Positions 52,397-63,060 of a stretch of DNA of 64,000 nucleotides are shown one piece after another. This stretch comes from Candidatus Eiseniibacteriota bacterium. GTDB taxonomy: Bacteria > Eisenbacteria > RBG-16-71-46. The notes beneath the pieces are model-generated. The model searched no databases and was not told the DNA's origin. It was given only the letters and a program-made list of their open reading frames with translations. Each line of letters opens with the position of its first letter. Positions within the stretch are counted from its first letter, which is position 1. The stretch spans positions 3,168,001 through 3,232,000 of the forward strand of contig OY970178.1 of the NCBI GenBank assembly GCA_963707915.1, written 5' to 3'. A program made the position numbers and the translations under genes.

Positions 52397-54424
52397 GGGC
52401 GGCGCTCCAGCCGGTCGCGGTAACGCTCCAGCATCGCCGGGGTCACGCGTTCGAGCCGCGGGGCCTCGGCCAGCGCCGCCAGCATGACCTCGCGCAGGGA
52501 GCCGGGGTTTCGGCGACGTAGCGTCCGGGAGCCACCTCGCGAGCAGCGGGCATCACCACGCGGAGGTAAAGGTCGCGAACGCGACAGCCAGGCCCGGTAC
52601 GGAGCGGGCCGGAGCGTTCCGCTTCTTGAACAGGATCTTCGACAGGATGTCGTTGAACAGGTAGTACGGGTCCGCGGGCTCGTGCGAATGCTCCGCCTCG
52701 TGATGGACGACGGCGCGAGGCTGATAGAGGAGACGGTACCCGAGGCGTCGCACCCTCGCCCCGTACTCCCAGTCCTCGTGGCCGAAGAAGTAGGCCTCGG
52801 GGAGGAGCCCCACACGCTCGAGGCATTCCCGGCGGATGAGCATCAGCGCGCCGGAGATGAAGCCGCGCGCGGCGACGCTGCCGTGCTGTCCCAGGTCGGG
52901 CTCGTTCATCCCCACGTATCGCTCGCCCGCCCAGTGGATCCAGCCGCCGGTCTCCCAGATCACGTTGGACGGTGGCCAGCGAAGCAGCTTGCCGCCCACG
53001 AGGCCGACCCGCGGGTCCGATTCCGCCAGCGCCACCATGGGCTCGAGGAATCCGGGCTGGGTCACGATGCAGTCGTTGTTGAGCAGCAGCACGTAGTCGC
53101 AGCCGTCGTCGAGCGCGCGCCGGATGGCGCGGTTGCAGCCGGCCGAGAATCCCAGGTTCTCCCCGTTGCGGATGAAGACGATCCCGCTCTGCGCGAACTC
53201 GCCCTCGAGCCGGTCCATCGAGCCATCCGTGGAGCCGTTGTCCGCGAGGTAGGTGGTGCGGTGGGGATACGAAGCGGTGGCCAGGGATTCGAGACAGCGC
53301 CGCGTGTCGGCGTAGCCGTTCCAGTTGAGCAGCACGATCCCCACGCGGGGGCCGGGCTCCTGCGCCGCTCCCGGTCCCGGGACATCCGCGGTCCCGTGCG
53401 GTGTGGCGACCAGCACCAGTTCCTCGCCGATCCACGGCTCGCCGGCGATCCGCTCCGCCTCCTCCTGCGCGAAGCGCCGCGCCGCCGCGTCCTTGGGCGA
53501 GGCGTCCGCGGCTCCGCCGATGCGGCGGCTCTCGGCGTGGAGGAAGGCCGCCGCGCCGGCGGAGGTGCGCAGCACCGTCCGCTGCAGCCGCGCCGCCGCG
53601 AGCAGGCGCTCCAGCGCCGGAGCGGTGAAGACCTGCAGGTGCCGGGGGGGCTCGAGCCCCCGCCACGCCGCACCGAACCGCGCGTGCCCGAGGCTCGCGG
53701 CGTTGGGGGTGACCACGACCAGTCGGCCATCCGGCTGGAGCACGCGCCGGCACTCCGCCAGCAGGCCCGCGGGGTCGGGCACGTGTTCGAGCACGTGGTT
53801 CATCGTGACCACGTCGAACGAGGCGTCCGCGTAATGCTGCTGCGGCAGCGAGCCCTCGCGCACGGTGAGCCCGCGACTCGAGGCCGCGGCGACCGCCGCC
53901 GGGTCCGAATCCACGCCCTCCGCGTCCCAGCCCAGGTCCTTCAGTTGTCCGATCGCGAGGCCGTTGCCGCAGCCCACGTCCAGCAGGCGTCCCCCGGGCC
54001 TCGGGGGCAGGTGCATGATCAGCCCGTCGAGGCCCGCGCGCAGCGCGGGAAAGGGCAGCAGCGCCAGCGCCAGGAAGCGCTTGACGCGGGCGCCGCGCAC
54101 GGTGTAGCCGAAGCGCGAGGCGTAGTAGCCCTCCTTCAGCCAGCGGCGCAGCAGGCGGGCCCACGGCGCGCGGTCCGGCGGTGGCGCGTGCGTGTGATAG
54201 CCGCGGTAGGCCAGTGCCAGGGCCTGCTCGTCCGGCGGAGGATCGAGCCACAGCAGCCCGCACGCCGGCCCGGAGCAGCGGACCATCCGCCAGCTGCCGG
54301 GCGAGCCGTAGAGCCGGTCGGTGAGGCCCTCGTACGCCGTGTCGCCGGGCGAGCCGCAGGCGACGCACGCCGAGGTCGGCCGGGCGGGCGAGACGGGCTC
54401 CCGGGCACCCGACGCTCCGGTCAT
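52393..54424 (-). CDS. SAM methyltransferase fused to GT2 glycosyltransferase; C-terminus frameshifted
   Basis: CVACG...CSGPACG, LLDVGCGNG, HVLEH, then LNWNG, DNGSTD, NLGFSAGCN, LLNND, HEDWEY. The open frame stops at 52553, but protein-like sequence continues in other frames to a stop at 52393 that overlaps the next start. Confidence 0.75.
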
Positions 54425-55917
54425 CGCGGGAGGCCCGCGTGGCCGGGGTCCAGCAGCGCGCGCGCGCCCGGCCGTCCCACGAAGCGCCAGGCCGAGACGG
54501 CGAACAGGACCGCCGTGACCGCCGCGAAGACCAGCCGCGGGACGAGGCCGGGGATCCGCGTGCCCGCCACCAGCGCCAGCATCCCGCATCCTCCCCCCAG
54601 CACGGCGCTGCGGATGCCCGCGGTCTCGCGTCCCAGTCGTGCGCGGGCGATCAGGAACAGCGCGAGCGCATCGACGACGACGCGCGCGAACCAGGCGATG
54701 GCCGCCCCCTCGATGCCGTGGCCGCGGATCAGCAGCCAGACCGCCAGCAGGTAGAAGGGCAGCTCGGCCACGTGGAGGCGCGCCCCCAGGTCGGGGCGCC
54801 CCGAGCTCTGCACCAGCGTGAGCGCAACCTGGGCCATGCCGTTCGCGAACATGCCGATGGCGAGCAGCCGCAGCACGCCGGCGCTCTGGGCCGCGAAGGC
54901 GGCGCCGAGCCACAGGGCGAGCAACTCGTGCGGGAAGACCGCGAGGACGAAGGCCACCGGGAAGAGGAGCACGATCACCGCGCGCACCCCCCAGTCGAAC
55001 AGCCGCCCCGCCCGTGCGCGGTCCGCGTCGAAGCTCGCCGCGAAGGCGGGGAACAGCACGCTGACCACCGGGATCGAGAGGATCGCCATGCGCGAGGTCA
55101 GGTCGTACGGCGTGGTGTAGTAGGCGACCATGGCCATCGAGAGCATGCCGCCGATGAGGAAGCGGTCGAGGTAGACCATGAGCGGGCCCACCACCGCCGT
55201 GACCGACATCCAGCCGCCGAAGCTCACGATGGGCCTGAGCAGGCGCCGGCGCACGACGAAGCCCGCGCGCAGCCCCGGCGTCCCGGCGAGGCAGGCCGCC
55301 AGGTACGCCAGGCCTCCCAGCAGGCGCACGACCGCCAGCGCGAGCCCGACGACGAACAGGCTCGACGACCAGGGAAGCACGAGGACCGGGGCCGCGTAGG
55401 TGAGGATGCCCATGGGGACGCGGATGGCGTTGAGCACGCCGAAACGGTGCTGCGCGGCCAGGACACCGGTCAGCGCGGCCGTGCCGGTCACGATCGGGAG
55501 CGACGCCGCCAGCACCCAGGTGAGCCCGAGCATCTCGCCCTGCAGCGCGGGCGGGACCCGCAGGAAGTCGTGCACCAGCCGGGGCGCCAGCCCGGCGAGG
55601 AGCGCCGCGCCGACGAGTCCCATCGCGGTCGTCAGCGACAGCGACGTCCAGACGAGCGCCGGCACCTCGTCCTCCCGGCGCTCGGCCAGCCTGCCGGCGA
55701 CGAGGCGGGTGAGAGCGCCCGAGACGCCGAGGTCGAAGAGGCTGAAGTAGCCGATGAGCATCCAGGCCAGCGAGAGGACGCCGAAGCGCTCGACCCCGAG
55801 GCCGTGGACCAGCCGGGGAACGAAGAGCAGGGCCGCGAGCACGGGAAGCACCTGTCCGAGCTGGTTCCAGGCGGCGCCTCGGAACAGCGTGCGCGCGTTG
55901 GTGGAGGGCGGGCTCAC
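54421..55917 (-). CDS. Wzx-type polysaccharide flippase
   Basis: LGVERFG, FDLG, FGGWM, LDRFLIG, VAYY..PY, HGIEGAA; about 12-14 TM. Confidence 0.9.
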   Translation of the reverse strand: MSPPSTNARTLFRGAAWNQLGQVLPVLAALLFVPRLVHGLGVERFGVLSLAWMLIGYFSLFDLGVSGALTRLVAGRLAERREDEVPALVWTSLSLTTAMGLVGAALLAGLAPRLVHDFLRVPPALQGEMLGLTWVLAASLPIVTGTAALTGVLAAQHRFGVLNAIRVPMGILTYAAPVLVLPWSSSLFVVGLALAVVRLLGGLAYLAACLAGTPGLRAGFVVRRRLLRPIVSFGGWMSVTAVVGPLMVYLDRFLIGGMLSMAMVAYYTTPYDLTSRMAILSIPVVSVLFPAFAASFDADRARAGRLFDWGVRAVIVLLFPVAFVLAVFPHELLALWLGAAFAAQSAGVLRLLAIGMFANGMAQVALTLVQSSGRPDLGARLHVAELPFYLLAVWLLIRGHGIEGAAIAWFARVVVDALALFLIARARLGRETAGIRSAVLGGGCGMLALVAGTRIPGLVPRLVFAAVTAVLFAVSAWRFVGRPGARALLDPGHAGLPR

Positions 55918-56086
55918 GGGCTCCGGTGTGTTGGGGTGGGGGCAGCCGCCACGCCTCACCCGCCGCGCGGCATCGGAAGAGATCGGAAGAGGCGAAGCGG
56001 GAGGCGGCCTCGTGCCGGGGGTTCCGGCGCGGGACCCTTGGTTGCGCCACTCTTCAGGATGAGTGCGTGGTTCGTCAAGCCGGGGG

Positions 56087-56115
56087 TTGACCGTGTGCGG
56101 GGTAGCCTCTAACCT
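56087..56115 (+). promoter_or_regulatory. sigma70 promoter TTGACC-N17-TAACCT
   Basis: Near-consensus, upstream of ugd. Confidence 0.65.
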
Positions 56116-56204
56116 TCCGTGCTGCTGCGCCCCGTTCCAAGTGGTTGCCCGCCCCGGCCGCCTCGCGCCCGGGTGCGGACCCGGACCCGCGAAAGGACCT
56201 CCGC

Positions 56205-57563
56205 TTGTACTCCATCACCGTGGTAGGCACCGGCTACGTCGGCCTCGTGTCCGGCGCGTGCCTCGCCGATTTCGGCAACCGTGTCACCTGCGTGGACTCC
56301 GACGCCGCCAAGATCGAGCGCCTGCGCGCCCTGGAGATGCCCTTCTTCGAGCCCGGCCTGCCCGAACTGGTCGCCCGCAACGTGCACGAGGGCCGGCTCC
56401 ACTTCGAGAGCGACCTGGTCGCGGCCCTGAAGGGCGCCCACGTCGTCTTCATCACGGTGGGCACGCCGCCCCGCCCCGACGGCAGCGCGGACACGCGCGC
56501 CATCTACGAGGTGGCGAAGACGGTGGCGCGGAACCTGGACGGCTACCAGCTCGTGGTCCAGAAGAGCACGGCCCCGGTGGGCACGGCCCGCACGCTGCAG
56601 GCGTTCATCGCGAAGCACGCGAAGCGCGGCGCGAAGTTCGACGTCGCCTCCAACCCCGAGTTCCTGCGCGAGGGCTCGGCCATCGAGACCTTCATGCGCC
56701 CCGATCGCGTGGTGATCGGCGCCGAGACCAAGCGCGCGGCCGACATCCTCAAGAAGATCCACGCGCCGCTGTTCCTGTTCGAGACGCCCATGGTGGTCAC
56801 GTCGGTCGAGAGCGCCGAGCTGATCAAGTACGCCTCGAACTGCTTCCTCGCGGCGAAGATCTCCTTCATCAACGAGGTCGGGAACCTCTGCGAGGCGCTC
56901 GGCGCCGACGTGCAGGCGGTGGCGAAGGGCCTCGGCATGGACCGCCGCATCGGCTCGAAGTTCCTGCACGCGGGCCCCGGCTACGGCGGCGCCTGCTTCC
57001 CCAAGGACACGCTCGCGCTCTCGGCCATGGCGCGCGCGGCGCGGATCCCGAGCGGCATCGTGGACGCGACCATCGCGGCGAACCATCACCAGGTGCGGCG
57101 CATGGTCGAGAAGATCACCGGCGCCCTCGGTCGCCCGGCGCGCGGCAGCGTGGTGGCGGTGCTCGGGCTCTCGTTCAAGCCCAATACCGACGACCTGCGC
57201 GAGGCGCCGGCGCTGGAGATCATCGCGGGCCTCCGGCGGCGCGGTGTCCAGGTGAGGGCGTTCGACCCGGTGGCGATGCCGGGCGCCCAGGCGCTGCCGG
57301 AGATGAAGAACGTGGTCTTCGCGAAGGACGCCTACGACTGCGCGCGCGGGGCCGACGCGGTGGCCATCGTCACCGAGTGGAACGAGTTCCGGAACCTGAA
57401 CCTCGCCCGCCTCAAGCGCCTGCTGCGCCGCGCCGTGCTGTGCGACCTGCGCAACATCTACGTGCCCGCCGAGGTCGAGGCCGCGGGCTTCCGGCACGTC
57501 GGCGTGGGTCGCGGACGGGCCGATGCGCCGGCCGCGGGCCGGACGCGGCGGAGGAAGCAATGA
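56205..57563 (+). CDS. ugd: UDP-glucose 6-dehydrogenase
   Basis: TTG start after AAAGGA; GTGYVG, VGTP, KST, NPEFLREG, AELIKYASN, GYGGACFPKD, FKPNTDD.RE. Confidence 0.93.
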   Translation: MYSITVVGTGYVGLVSGACLADFGNRVTCVDSDAAKIERLRALEMPFFEPGLPELVARNVHEGRLHFESDLVAALKGAHVVFITVGTPPRPDGSADTRAIYEVAKTVARNLDGYQLVVQKSTAPVGTARTLQAFIAKHAKRGAKFDVASNPEFLREGSAIETFMRPDRVVIGAETKRAADILKKIHAPLFLFETPMVVTSVESAELIKYASNCFLAAKISFINEVGNLCEALGADVQAVAKGLGMDRRIGSKFLHAGPGYGGACFPKDTLALSAMARAARIPSGIVDATIAANHHQVRRMVEKITGALGRPARGSVVAVLGLSFKPNTDDLREAPALEIIAGLRRRGVQVRAFDPVAMPGAQALPEMKNVVFAKDAYDCARGADAVAIVTEWNEFRNLNLARLKRLLRRAVLCDLRNIYVPAEVEAAGFRHVGVGRGRADAPAAGRTRRRKQ

Positions 57564-58015
57564 TCGACGGGGTGAAGGTCAAGAAGCTCAAGGTGATCCC
57601 GGACGAGCGCGGTCTCCTGATGGAGATGATGCGCGACGACGACGAGTTCTTCCAGCGCTTCGGGCAGGTCTACCTCTCCGTCGTGTATCCGGGCGTGGTG
57701 AAGGGCTGGCACTACCACAAGAAGCAGACCGACCACTTCGTGTTCGTCAAGGGCATGGCCAAGGTCGTGCTGTACGACGGGCGCGAGACCAGCCCGACCC
57801 GGGGCGAGGTCAACGAGTTCTTCATGGGCGAGCACAACCCCATCCTGCTCGTCATCCCGCCGCTGGTGCTGCACGGCATGAAGGGCACCGGCACCGAGCC
57901 GGCCTACCTGATCAACACGCCGACCGAGCACTACGTCTACGATGCGCCCGACGAGCACCGCGTGGCCCCGCACGGCGACGAGGTGCCCTACGACTGGGAC
58001 CGCAAGGATGGCTGA
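57560..58015 (+). CDS. dTDP-4-dehydrorhamnose 3,5-epimerase family (RmlC-like cupin)
   Basis: DERG.L.E, PGVVKGWHYH..QTD, D.R..SPT, IPP.V.HG. Confidence 0.85.
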   Translation: MIDGVKVKKLKVIPDERGLLMEMMRDDDEFFQRFGQVYLSVVYPGVVKGWHYHKKQTDHFVFVKGMAKVVLYDGRETSPTRGEVNEFFMGEHNPILLVIPPLVLHGMKGTGTEPAYLINTPTEHYVYDAPDEHRVAPHGDEVPYDWDRKDG

Positions 58016-59060
58016 GCCGGCGCGCCTCGACGGCAGCCGCGTGCTGGTGACCGGCGGGGCCGGTTTCATCGGCGCGAACTTCGTGCACCACTTCCTGCGC
58101 CGCTTCCCCGACGCGCACGTGGTCGTGCTCGACTCGCTGACCTACGCCGGCCGCCGCGAGAACCTCGACGGCATCCCGACGAAGCGCCTGACCTTCATGC
58201 ACGGCGACATCCGCGACCCGGCCGCCGTGGCGCTGGCGATGGAGGGCTGCGACTACGTCCTGAACTTCGCCGCCGAGTCCCACGTCGACCGCTCGATCGA
58301 GGCACCCGGCGACTTCATCCAGACCGACGTCCACGGCGTGTTCGTGCTGTGCGAGGAAGCGCGCCGCCGCGGGCTCGCGCGCTTCGTCCAGGTCTCGACC
58401 GACGAGGTCTACGGCGAGGTGCTGGAGGGCCACGCCACCGAGGCCTGGCCGCTGATGCCGCGCAGCCCCTACGCCGCGAGCAAGGCGGGCGGCGACCGGC
58501 TGGCCTTCGCCTACTGGGCGACCTACGGCCTGCCGGTGGTGGTGACGCGCTGCACCAACAACTACGGGCCGCGCCAGTACCCGGAGAAGCTCGTGCCGCT
58601 GTTCGTCACCAACGCGATCGAGGGCCTGCCGCTCCCGGTCTACGGCACGGGCCTGAACCGGCGCGACTGGGTCCACGTCGAGGACCACTGCTCGGCCCTC
58701 GTCACGCTGCTGACCCAGCCCGGGATCGAAGGGGAGACGTTCAACGTCGGAGCGGGGAACGAGTTGGACGTGCTGACCATCACCGGCACGATCCTCAAGC
58801 TGCTCGGCAAGCCGGATTCGCTGGTGCGCCACGTCGAGGACCGGCCCGGACACGACCGGCGCTACGCGCTCGACTCCTCGCGTCTCACCCGGCTGACGGG
58901 ATGGAAGCCGGCCGTCGCCTTCGAGGACGGCATCCGCCAGACGGTGGAGTGGTACCGCGCGAACGAGGCCTGGTGGCGCCCCATCAAGGAGGGCGAGTTC
59001 CGCGCCTATTACGAGCGCATGTACGGGCAGAGACGGGTCCTGAAGGAGGCGCGGCGATGA
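58008..59060 (+). CDS. rfbB: dTDP-glucose 4,6-dehydratase
   Basis: TGGAGFIG, LTYAG, FAAESHVDRSI, STDEVYG, SPYAASK, NNYGPRQYPEK, DRPGHDRRY. Confidence 0.93.
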   Translation: MAEPARLDGSRVLVTGGAGFIGANFVHHFLRRFPDAHVVVLDSLTYAGRRENLDGIPTKRLTFMHGDIRDPAAVALAMEGCDYVLNFAAESHVDRSIEAPGDFIQTDVHGVFVLCEEARRRGLARFVQVSTDEVYGEVLEGHATEAWPLMPRSPYAASKAGGDRLAFAYWATYGLPVVVTRCTNNYGPRQYPEKLVPLFVTNAIEGLPLPVYGTGLNRRDWVHVEDHCSALVTLLTQPGIEGETFNVGAGNELDVLTITGTILKLLGKPDSLVRHVEDRPGHDRRYALDSSRLTRLTGWKPAVAFEDGIRQTVEWYRANEAWWRPIKEGEFRAYYERMYGQRRVLKEARR

Positions 59061-60727
59061 GGAAGTCCGCCGGTCTCGCGGTCGTGTGGCTGGTTGGCGC
59101 GACGCTCGCGGGGATCGCGCCGGCGTGGGCGCAGGTGCCTTCGTCCGTGCTGGCGGGCGTCGACCGCGAGGGCGTGAGCACGTCGCACCGGCTCGGCTCC
59201 TCCGAAGTCATCACCATGCCGGCCGGCACCGCGGCCACGGGAGCCGACGAGACCGCCGCGAGCGGGCTCTTCAGCCTGCAGGCGGGACGGCCCATGAGCC
59301 TGGCCGGGCCCGTGGACCCCGAAGTCTACACGCTGGGCCCCGGCGACGTGCTGCTGCTCAACATCTGGGGACGGGTCTCGCGCAGCGTACCGATCGAGGT
59401 GGGGCCCGAGGGCAGCACGCTCATCCCGGGGGCGGGGCCGCTGCCCGTCGCGGGCCGCACGCTGAGCGACGTGCGCGCGGAGATCCTCCGCCAGATGGGG
59501 CTGCAGTACCGCGGGGTCAGCATGGACCTGCGGCTCGCCCGGCCGCGCACGTTCCGGGTCTACCTGACCGGGCAGGTGCGCCAGCCCGGCCCGGTGGAGG
59601 CCAGCGGCACGCTGCGCGTGGGCGACGTCCTGACCCCGGCGCTGCTGCTCGAGGGGGCCTCCCGCCGGCGCATCGAGGTCCTGCGCGCCGACGGGGCCCG
59701 GACGCTCTGCGACCTCGACCTCTTCCTCACGACCGGCGACGCCGGGATGAATCCCTGGCTGCGCGACGGCGATGTCGTCCAGGTCCCCAGCGCGACCGAG
59801 TTCGTCTACGCGCAGGGCGCGGTCGCGCGGCCGGGACGTTACGAGCTGGGGGAGCAGGACAGCCTGCGGACGCTGCTCCGCCTCTCGGGCGATCCGCTGC
59901 CCTCGGCCGTGGCCGACCGGATGCTGCTGGTGCGGTTCCGGGACGCCTTCACGCCCGAGTCGCTGTGGGTGAGCCTCGAGGACGTGTATTCGCGCCGGCG
60001 GAACCCGCCGCTCGAGGACGGCGAGCGGATGTACGTCTACTTCGTCCCGCAATACCACCAGCAGGACGAAGCCGTGATCGTCGGCGAGGTCAAGCGGCCG
60101 GGCACCTATCCCATCGTGGAGGGGCGCACGCGGCTGAGCGACCTCGTGTCGGCGGCGGCCTCGTTCCAGCCCGGCGCCGACCTCTCGTCCCTGCGCGTGC
60201 ACCGCCGCAGCACGCTCGCCGCCGAGAAGGACCAGGAACTGGACCGCCTGCTCCGGCTGTCGCGCAACGACCTCACCTCCTCCGAGTACGAGATGCTGCG
60301 CACCAAGCTGGCCGGCCAGCGCGAGGACTACCGGGTGGACTGGGCGCGCCTGGAAGGCAACAAGGACCTCGACCTGCTGCTGCGCGACGGGGACGTGGTC
60401 CGGGTGGAGCGGCTGGTGTCGTCCATCCGCGTGGACGGCGAGGTCCGGCGACCCGGCATCCTCAACTTCGTGCGCGGGGAGAGCGTGGAGGACTACGTCG
60501 CGCAGGCGGGCGGCTACACCGGCCGGGCGTGGCGGGGCAAGGTGCGCGTCACCCGCGCGGTGACCGGCCAGACGCTGTTCGCGCGCAACGTGCAGACGCT
60601 CGATCCCGGTGACTTCGTCTGGGTGCCCGAGAAGCCCGACGTCACGGTGTGGGAGAAGAGCCGGGAGCTGCTGACCTCCCTGGCGCAGTTGGCGACCATC
60701 GTCATCGCCATCCGCAGCGTGCGCTAG
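59057..60727 (+). CDS. Polysaccharide export protein (Poly_export + multiple SLBB domains)
   Basis: Signal peptide, YTLGPGDVL, repeated GxVxxPG and LRDGD motifs. Confidence 0.88.
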   Translation: MRKSAGLAVVWLVGATLAGIAPAWAQVPSSVLAGVDREGVSTSHRLGSSEVITMPAGTAATGADETAASGLFSLQAGRPMSLAGPVDPEVYTLGPGDVLLLNIWGRVSRSVPIEVGPEGSTLIPGAGPLPVAGRTLSDVRAEILRQMGLQYRGVSMDLRLARPRTFRVYLTGQVRQPGPVEASGTLRVGDVLTPALLLEGASRRRIEVLRADGARTLCDLDLFLTTGDAGMNPWLRDGDVVQVPSATEFVYAQGAVARPGRYELGEQDSLRTLLRLSGDPLPSAVADRMLLVRFRDAFTPESLWVSLEDVYSRRRNPPLEDGERMYVYFVPQYHQQDEAVIVGEVKRPGTYPIVEGRTRLSDLVSAAASFQPGADLSSLRVHRRSTLAAEKDQELDRLLRLSRNDLTSSEYEMLRTKLAGQREDYRVDWARLEGNKDLDLLLRDGDVVRVERLVSSIRVDGEVRRPGILNFVRGESVEDYVAQAGGYTGRAWRGKVRVTRAVTGQTLFARNVQTLDPGDFVWVPEKPDVTVWEKSRELLTSLAQLATIVIAIRSVR

Positions 60728-60745
60728 CGGGGCCCGCCCGTCGCG

Positions 60746-60774
60746 TTGCGCGCCCGATGGGCGCGAAGTAGCAT
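60746..60774 (+). promoter_or_regulatory. Putative sigma70 promoter TTGCGC-N17-TAGCAT
   Basis: The -10 ends 9 nt before the ATG at 60784; no SD visible. Confidence 0.55.
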
Positions 60775-60783
60775 CCGCCCGCG

Positions 60784-62185
60784 ATGCCTGCCCCACACCG
60801 TCAAGTCCTGGCCAGCGCGGTCTTCCTGCTCGACGGCGCGCTCATCGCGTCCGGCTGGCTCGGCTCCTACTGGCTGCGCTTCCACGGGCTGGGGATCCCG
60901 GCGCCGCTCGGCGTGCCGCCGCTCTCGTTCTACCTGTGGTTCGGCGCGGTGCTCACGCCCTTCGCGCTGCTGGTGCTGCGCACCTTCCGCATCTACCGCT
61001 CGGCGCGCACCGCCCGGCTCTCGCTGGAGCTCTCCGCGCTGCTCCAGGGCATGGTCATCGTCACCGCGTTCGCGGCGGTGGCCTCGTACTTCACCCGGGG
61101 CGAGCTGTCGCGCGCGACGCTGGTCCTGTTCTTCGCGCTGGCGACCGCGCTGCTGCTCGGCAGCCGGCTGGTGATCCGCGCGGCGCTGCGCTCCACGCGC
61201 CGGCACGGCCGCAACCTGCGCGGCACGCTGATCGTCGGCACGGGCGAGCTGGCGGTCGCGCTGCTCGGGAAGATCCGCGAGCACCGCGACTTCGGCCTCG
61301 CCGTGAAGGGCTTCGTCGCGGCGGACCCGGCACGGGTCGGCACGCAGCATCGCGGACGTGCCGGTGCTGGGCGCGGTGGAGGAGCTGCCGGGGCTGGCCG
61401 AGCGCGCGGGGGCCGAGCTGGTGTACCTCGCGCTGTCGCGCTCCGAGCACGAGGCCGAGCACCAGGCGCTCGAGCGCCTCGCCGACTCGACCGCGGCGGT
61501 GCGGCTGGTGCCCGACCTGCTGCGCGCCTTCACGCTCAACGCGAGCGTCGAGGACTTCGACGGCATGCCGGTGGTGCTGGTGACCGAGAGCCCGGGGCAG
61601 GGCTGGAACGCGGTCGTGAAGCGCATCTTCGACCTGGTCCTGTCGGCCCTGGGGCTGGTGGTCCTCGCGCCGCTGCTGGCCGCCATCGCGCTCTGGGTCC
61701 GGCTCGACTCGCGGGGCCCGGTGCTCTACGCGCAGGAGCGCGTCGGCCTGAGCGGGAAGCGCTTTCGCATGCTCAAGTTCCGCACCATGCGCGTGGACGC
61801 CGAGGCGGAGGGCGGCCCCGGCTGGACCCGGCCGGGGGACCCGCGGCGCACGCGGGCGGGGCGCGTCCTGCGGCCGCTCTCGCTCGACGAGCTGCCCCAG
61901 CTCTGGAACGTGTTCCGCGGGGAGATGAGCCTGGTGGGCCCGCGCCCCGAGCGCCCGGTCTACGTCGAGCAGTTCCGCGCCTCGGTGCCGCGCTACATGC
62001 TGCGCCACCACATGAAGGCGGGCATCACCGGCTGGGCCCAGGTCCACGGCCTGCGGGGCGACACGCCGCTCGACCGCCGCATCGAGTACGACCTCTACTA
62101 CATCCGCAACTGGTCGCTGGGACTCGACCTCAGGATCCTGTTCCTGACCCTGCTGCGGGTCTTCCGCGACGCCAGCGCGCACTGA
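60784..62185 (+). pseudogene. Undecaprenyl-phosphate sugar phosphotransferase (WcaJ-like), frameshifted near 61345
   Basis: N-terminal TM block and LIVGTG in one frame; KRIFD, KFRTM, SLDELPQLWNV..GEMSLVGPRPE, GITGWAQV, DLYYI.NWS in the next. Removing C61345 gives GTSIADVPVLG. Confidence 0.88.
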
Positions 62186-62258
62186 TCGTGTCCCCGGGGT
62201 CCCGCGCCGGCGCGGAGCGCCGCTTGCGCCCGGCGCGGAGTGCGTGCAGGCTCGCGCC

Positions 62259-63020
62259 ATGAACGCCGCGGACCGCGACGACGAGCGCATCCTGGGGGAG
62301 TTGCTGGACCGCGCCGAGCGGGACGGGATGCGGATCCCCCAATTCAGCAGCCTCGCGGGGGCGCGGCAGTACCGGCGCCTGCTGCGCATGGTGCGGCGCC
62401 ACCTGCCGGCCGGGGCCCGGGTGCTGGACTGGGGGACGGGCGCGGGCCACTTCGCCTACTTCCTGACCCGCGCGGGCTACCGGGCGACGGGCTACACCAT
62501 CGAGGGCGTCTCGGCGGCGGCCTGGCTCGGCGAGCCCTACGAACGGTTCGTCGTCGGGAGTCCCGCGGAGCCGGTGCGCCTGCCGTTCGCGGACGGCGAG
62601 TTCGACGCGGTGGCGTCGATCGGCGTGCTCGAGCACGTCCGCGAGACCGGCGGCGACGAATCCGCGAGCCTGGTCGAGATCGCCCGGGTGATGCGGCCGG
62701 GCGGGGTGTTCCTCTGCTACCACTTCCCGAACCGCTCGAGCTGGATCGACTTCGCCGCGAGCCTGGTGCCGGACAAGCACCACCACGTCCACCGCTACGC
62801 GCGCGCGGACATCGAGCGGCTGGTGCGGACGGCGGGGCTCGAGCTGGTCGAGGCGGCGCGTTACGGCGCCCTGCCCCGCAACGGGCTGCGCCGGCTGCCG
62901 GGCGGCCTGCGGCGCTCGCGGGTCTTCGCCGACCTGTGGGACGGGGCCGACGCCGTGCTGGGCGCGGTGCTGGGGCCGCTCAGCCAGAACCTCGCCTTCG
63001 TGGCCCGCCGGCCGGGCTAG
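62259..63020 (+). CDS. Class I SAM-dependent methyltransferase
   Basis: VLDWGTGAG, LPFADGEFD, GVLEHV, RVMRPGG. Confidence 0.88.
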   Translation: MNAADRDDERILGELLDRAERDGMRIPQFSSLAGARQYRRLLRMVRRHLPAGARVLDWGTGAGHFAYFLTRAGYRATGYTIEGVSAAAWLGEPYERFVVGSPAEPVRLPFADGEFDAVASIGVLEHVRETGGDESASLVEIARVMRPGGVFLCYHFPNRSSWIDFAASLVPDKHHHVHRYARADIERLVRTAGLELVEAARYGALPRNGLRRLPGGLRRSRVFADLWDGADAVLGAVLGPLSQNLAFVARRPG

Positions 63021-63060
63021 CCCGGCCGGTTCCCGCCACGCGCGTCGTGGATCGTCCCGG

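Noticed and set aside
55972..55991. AGATCGGAAGAG (55980-55991) matches the start of the Illumina adapter
   Set aside because: It is part of a 10-bp tandem duplication (ATCGGAAGAG x2) and diverges at the 13th base; probably coincidence, though reads could confirm.
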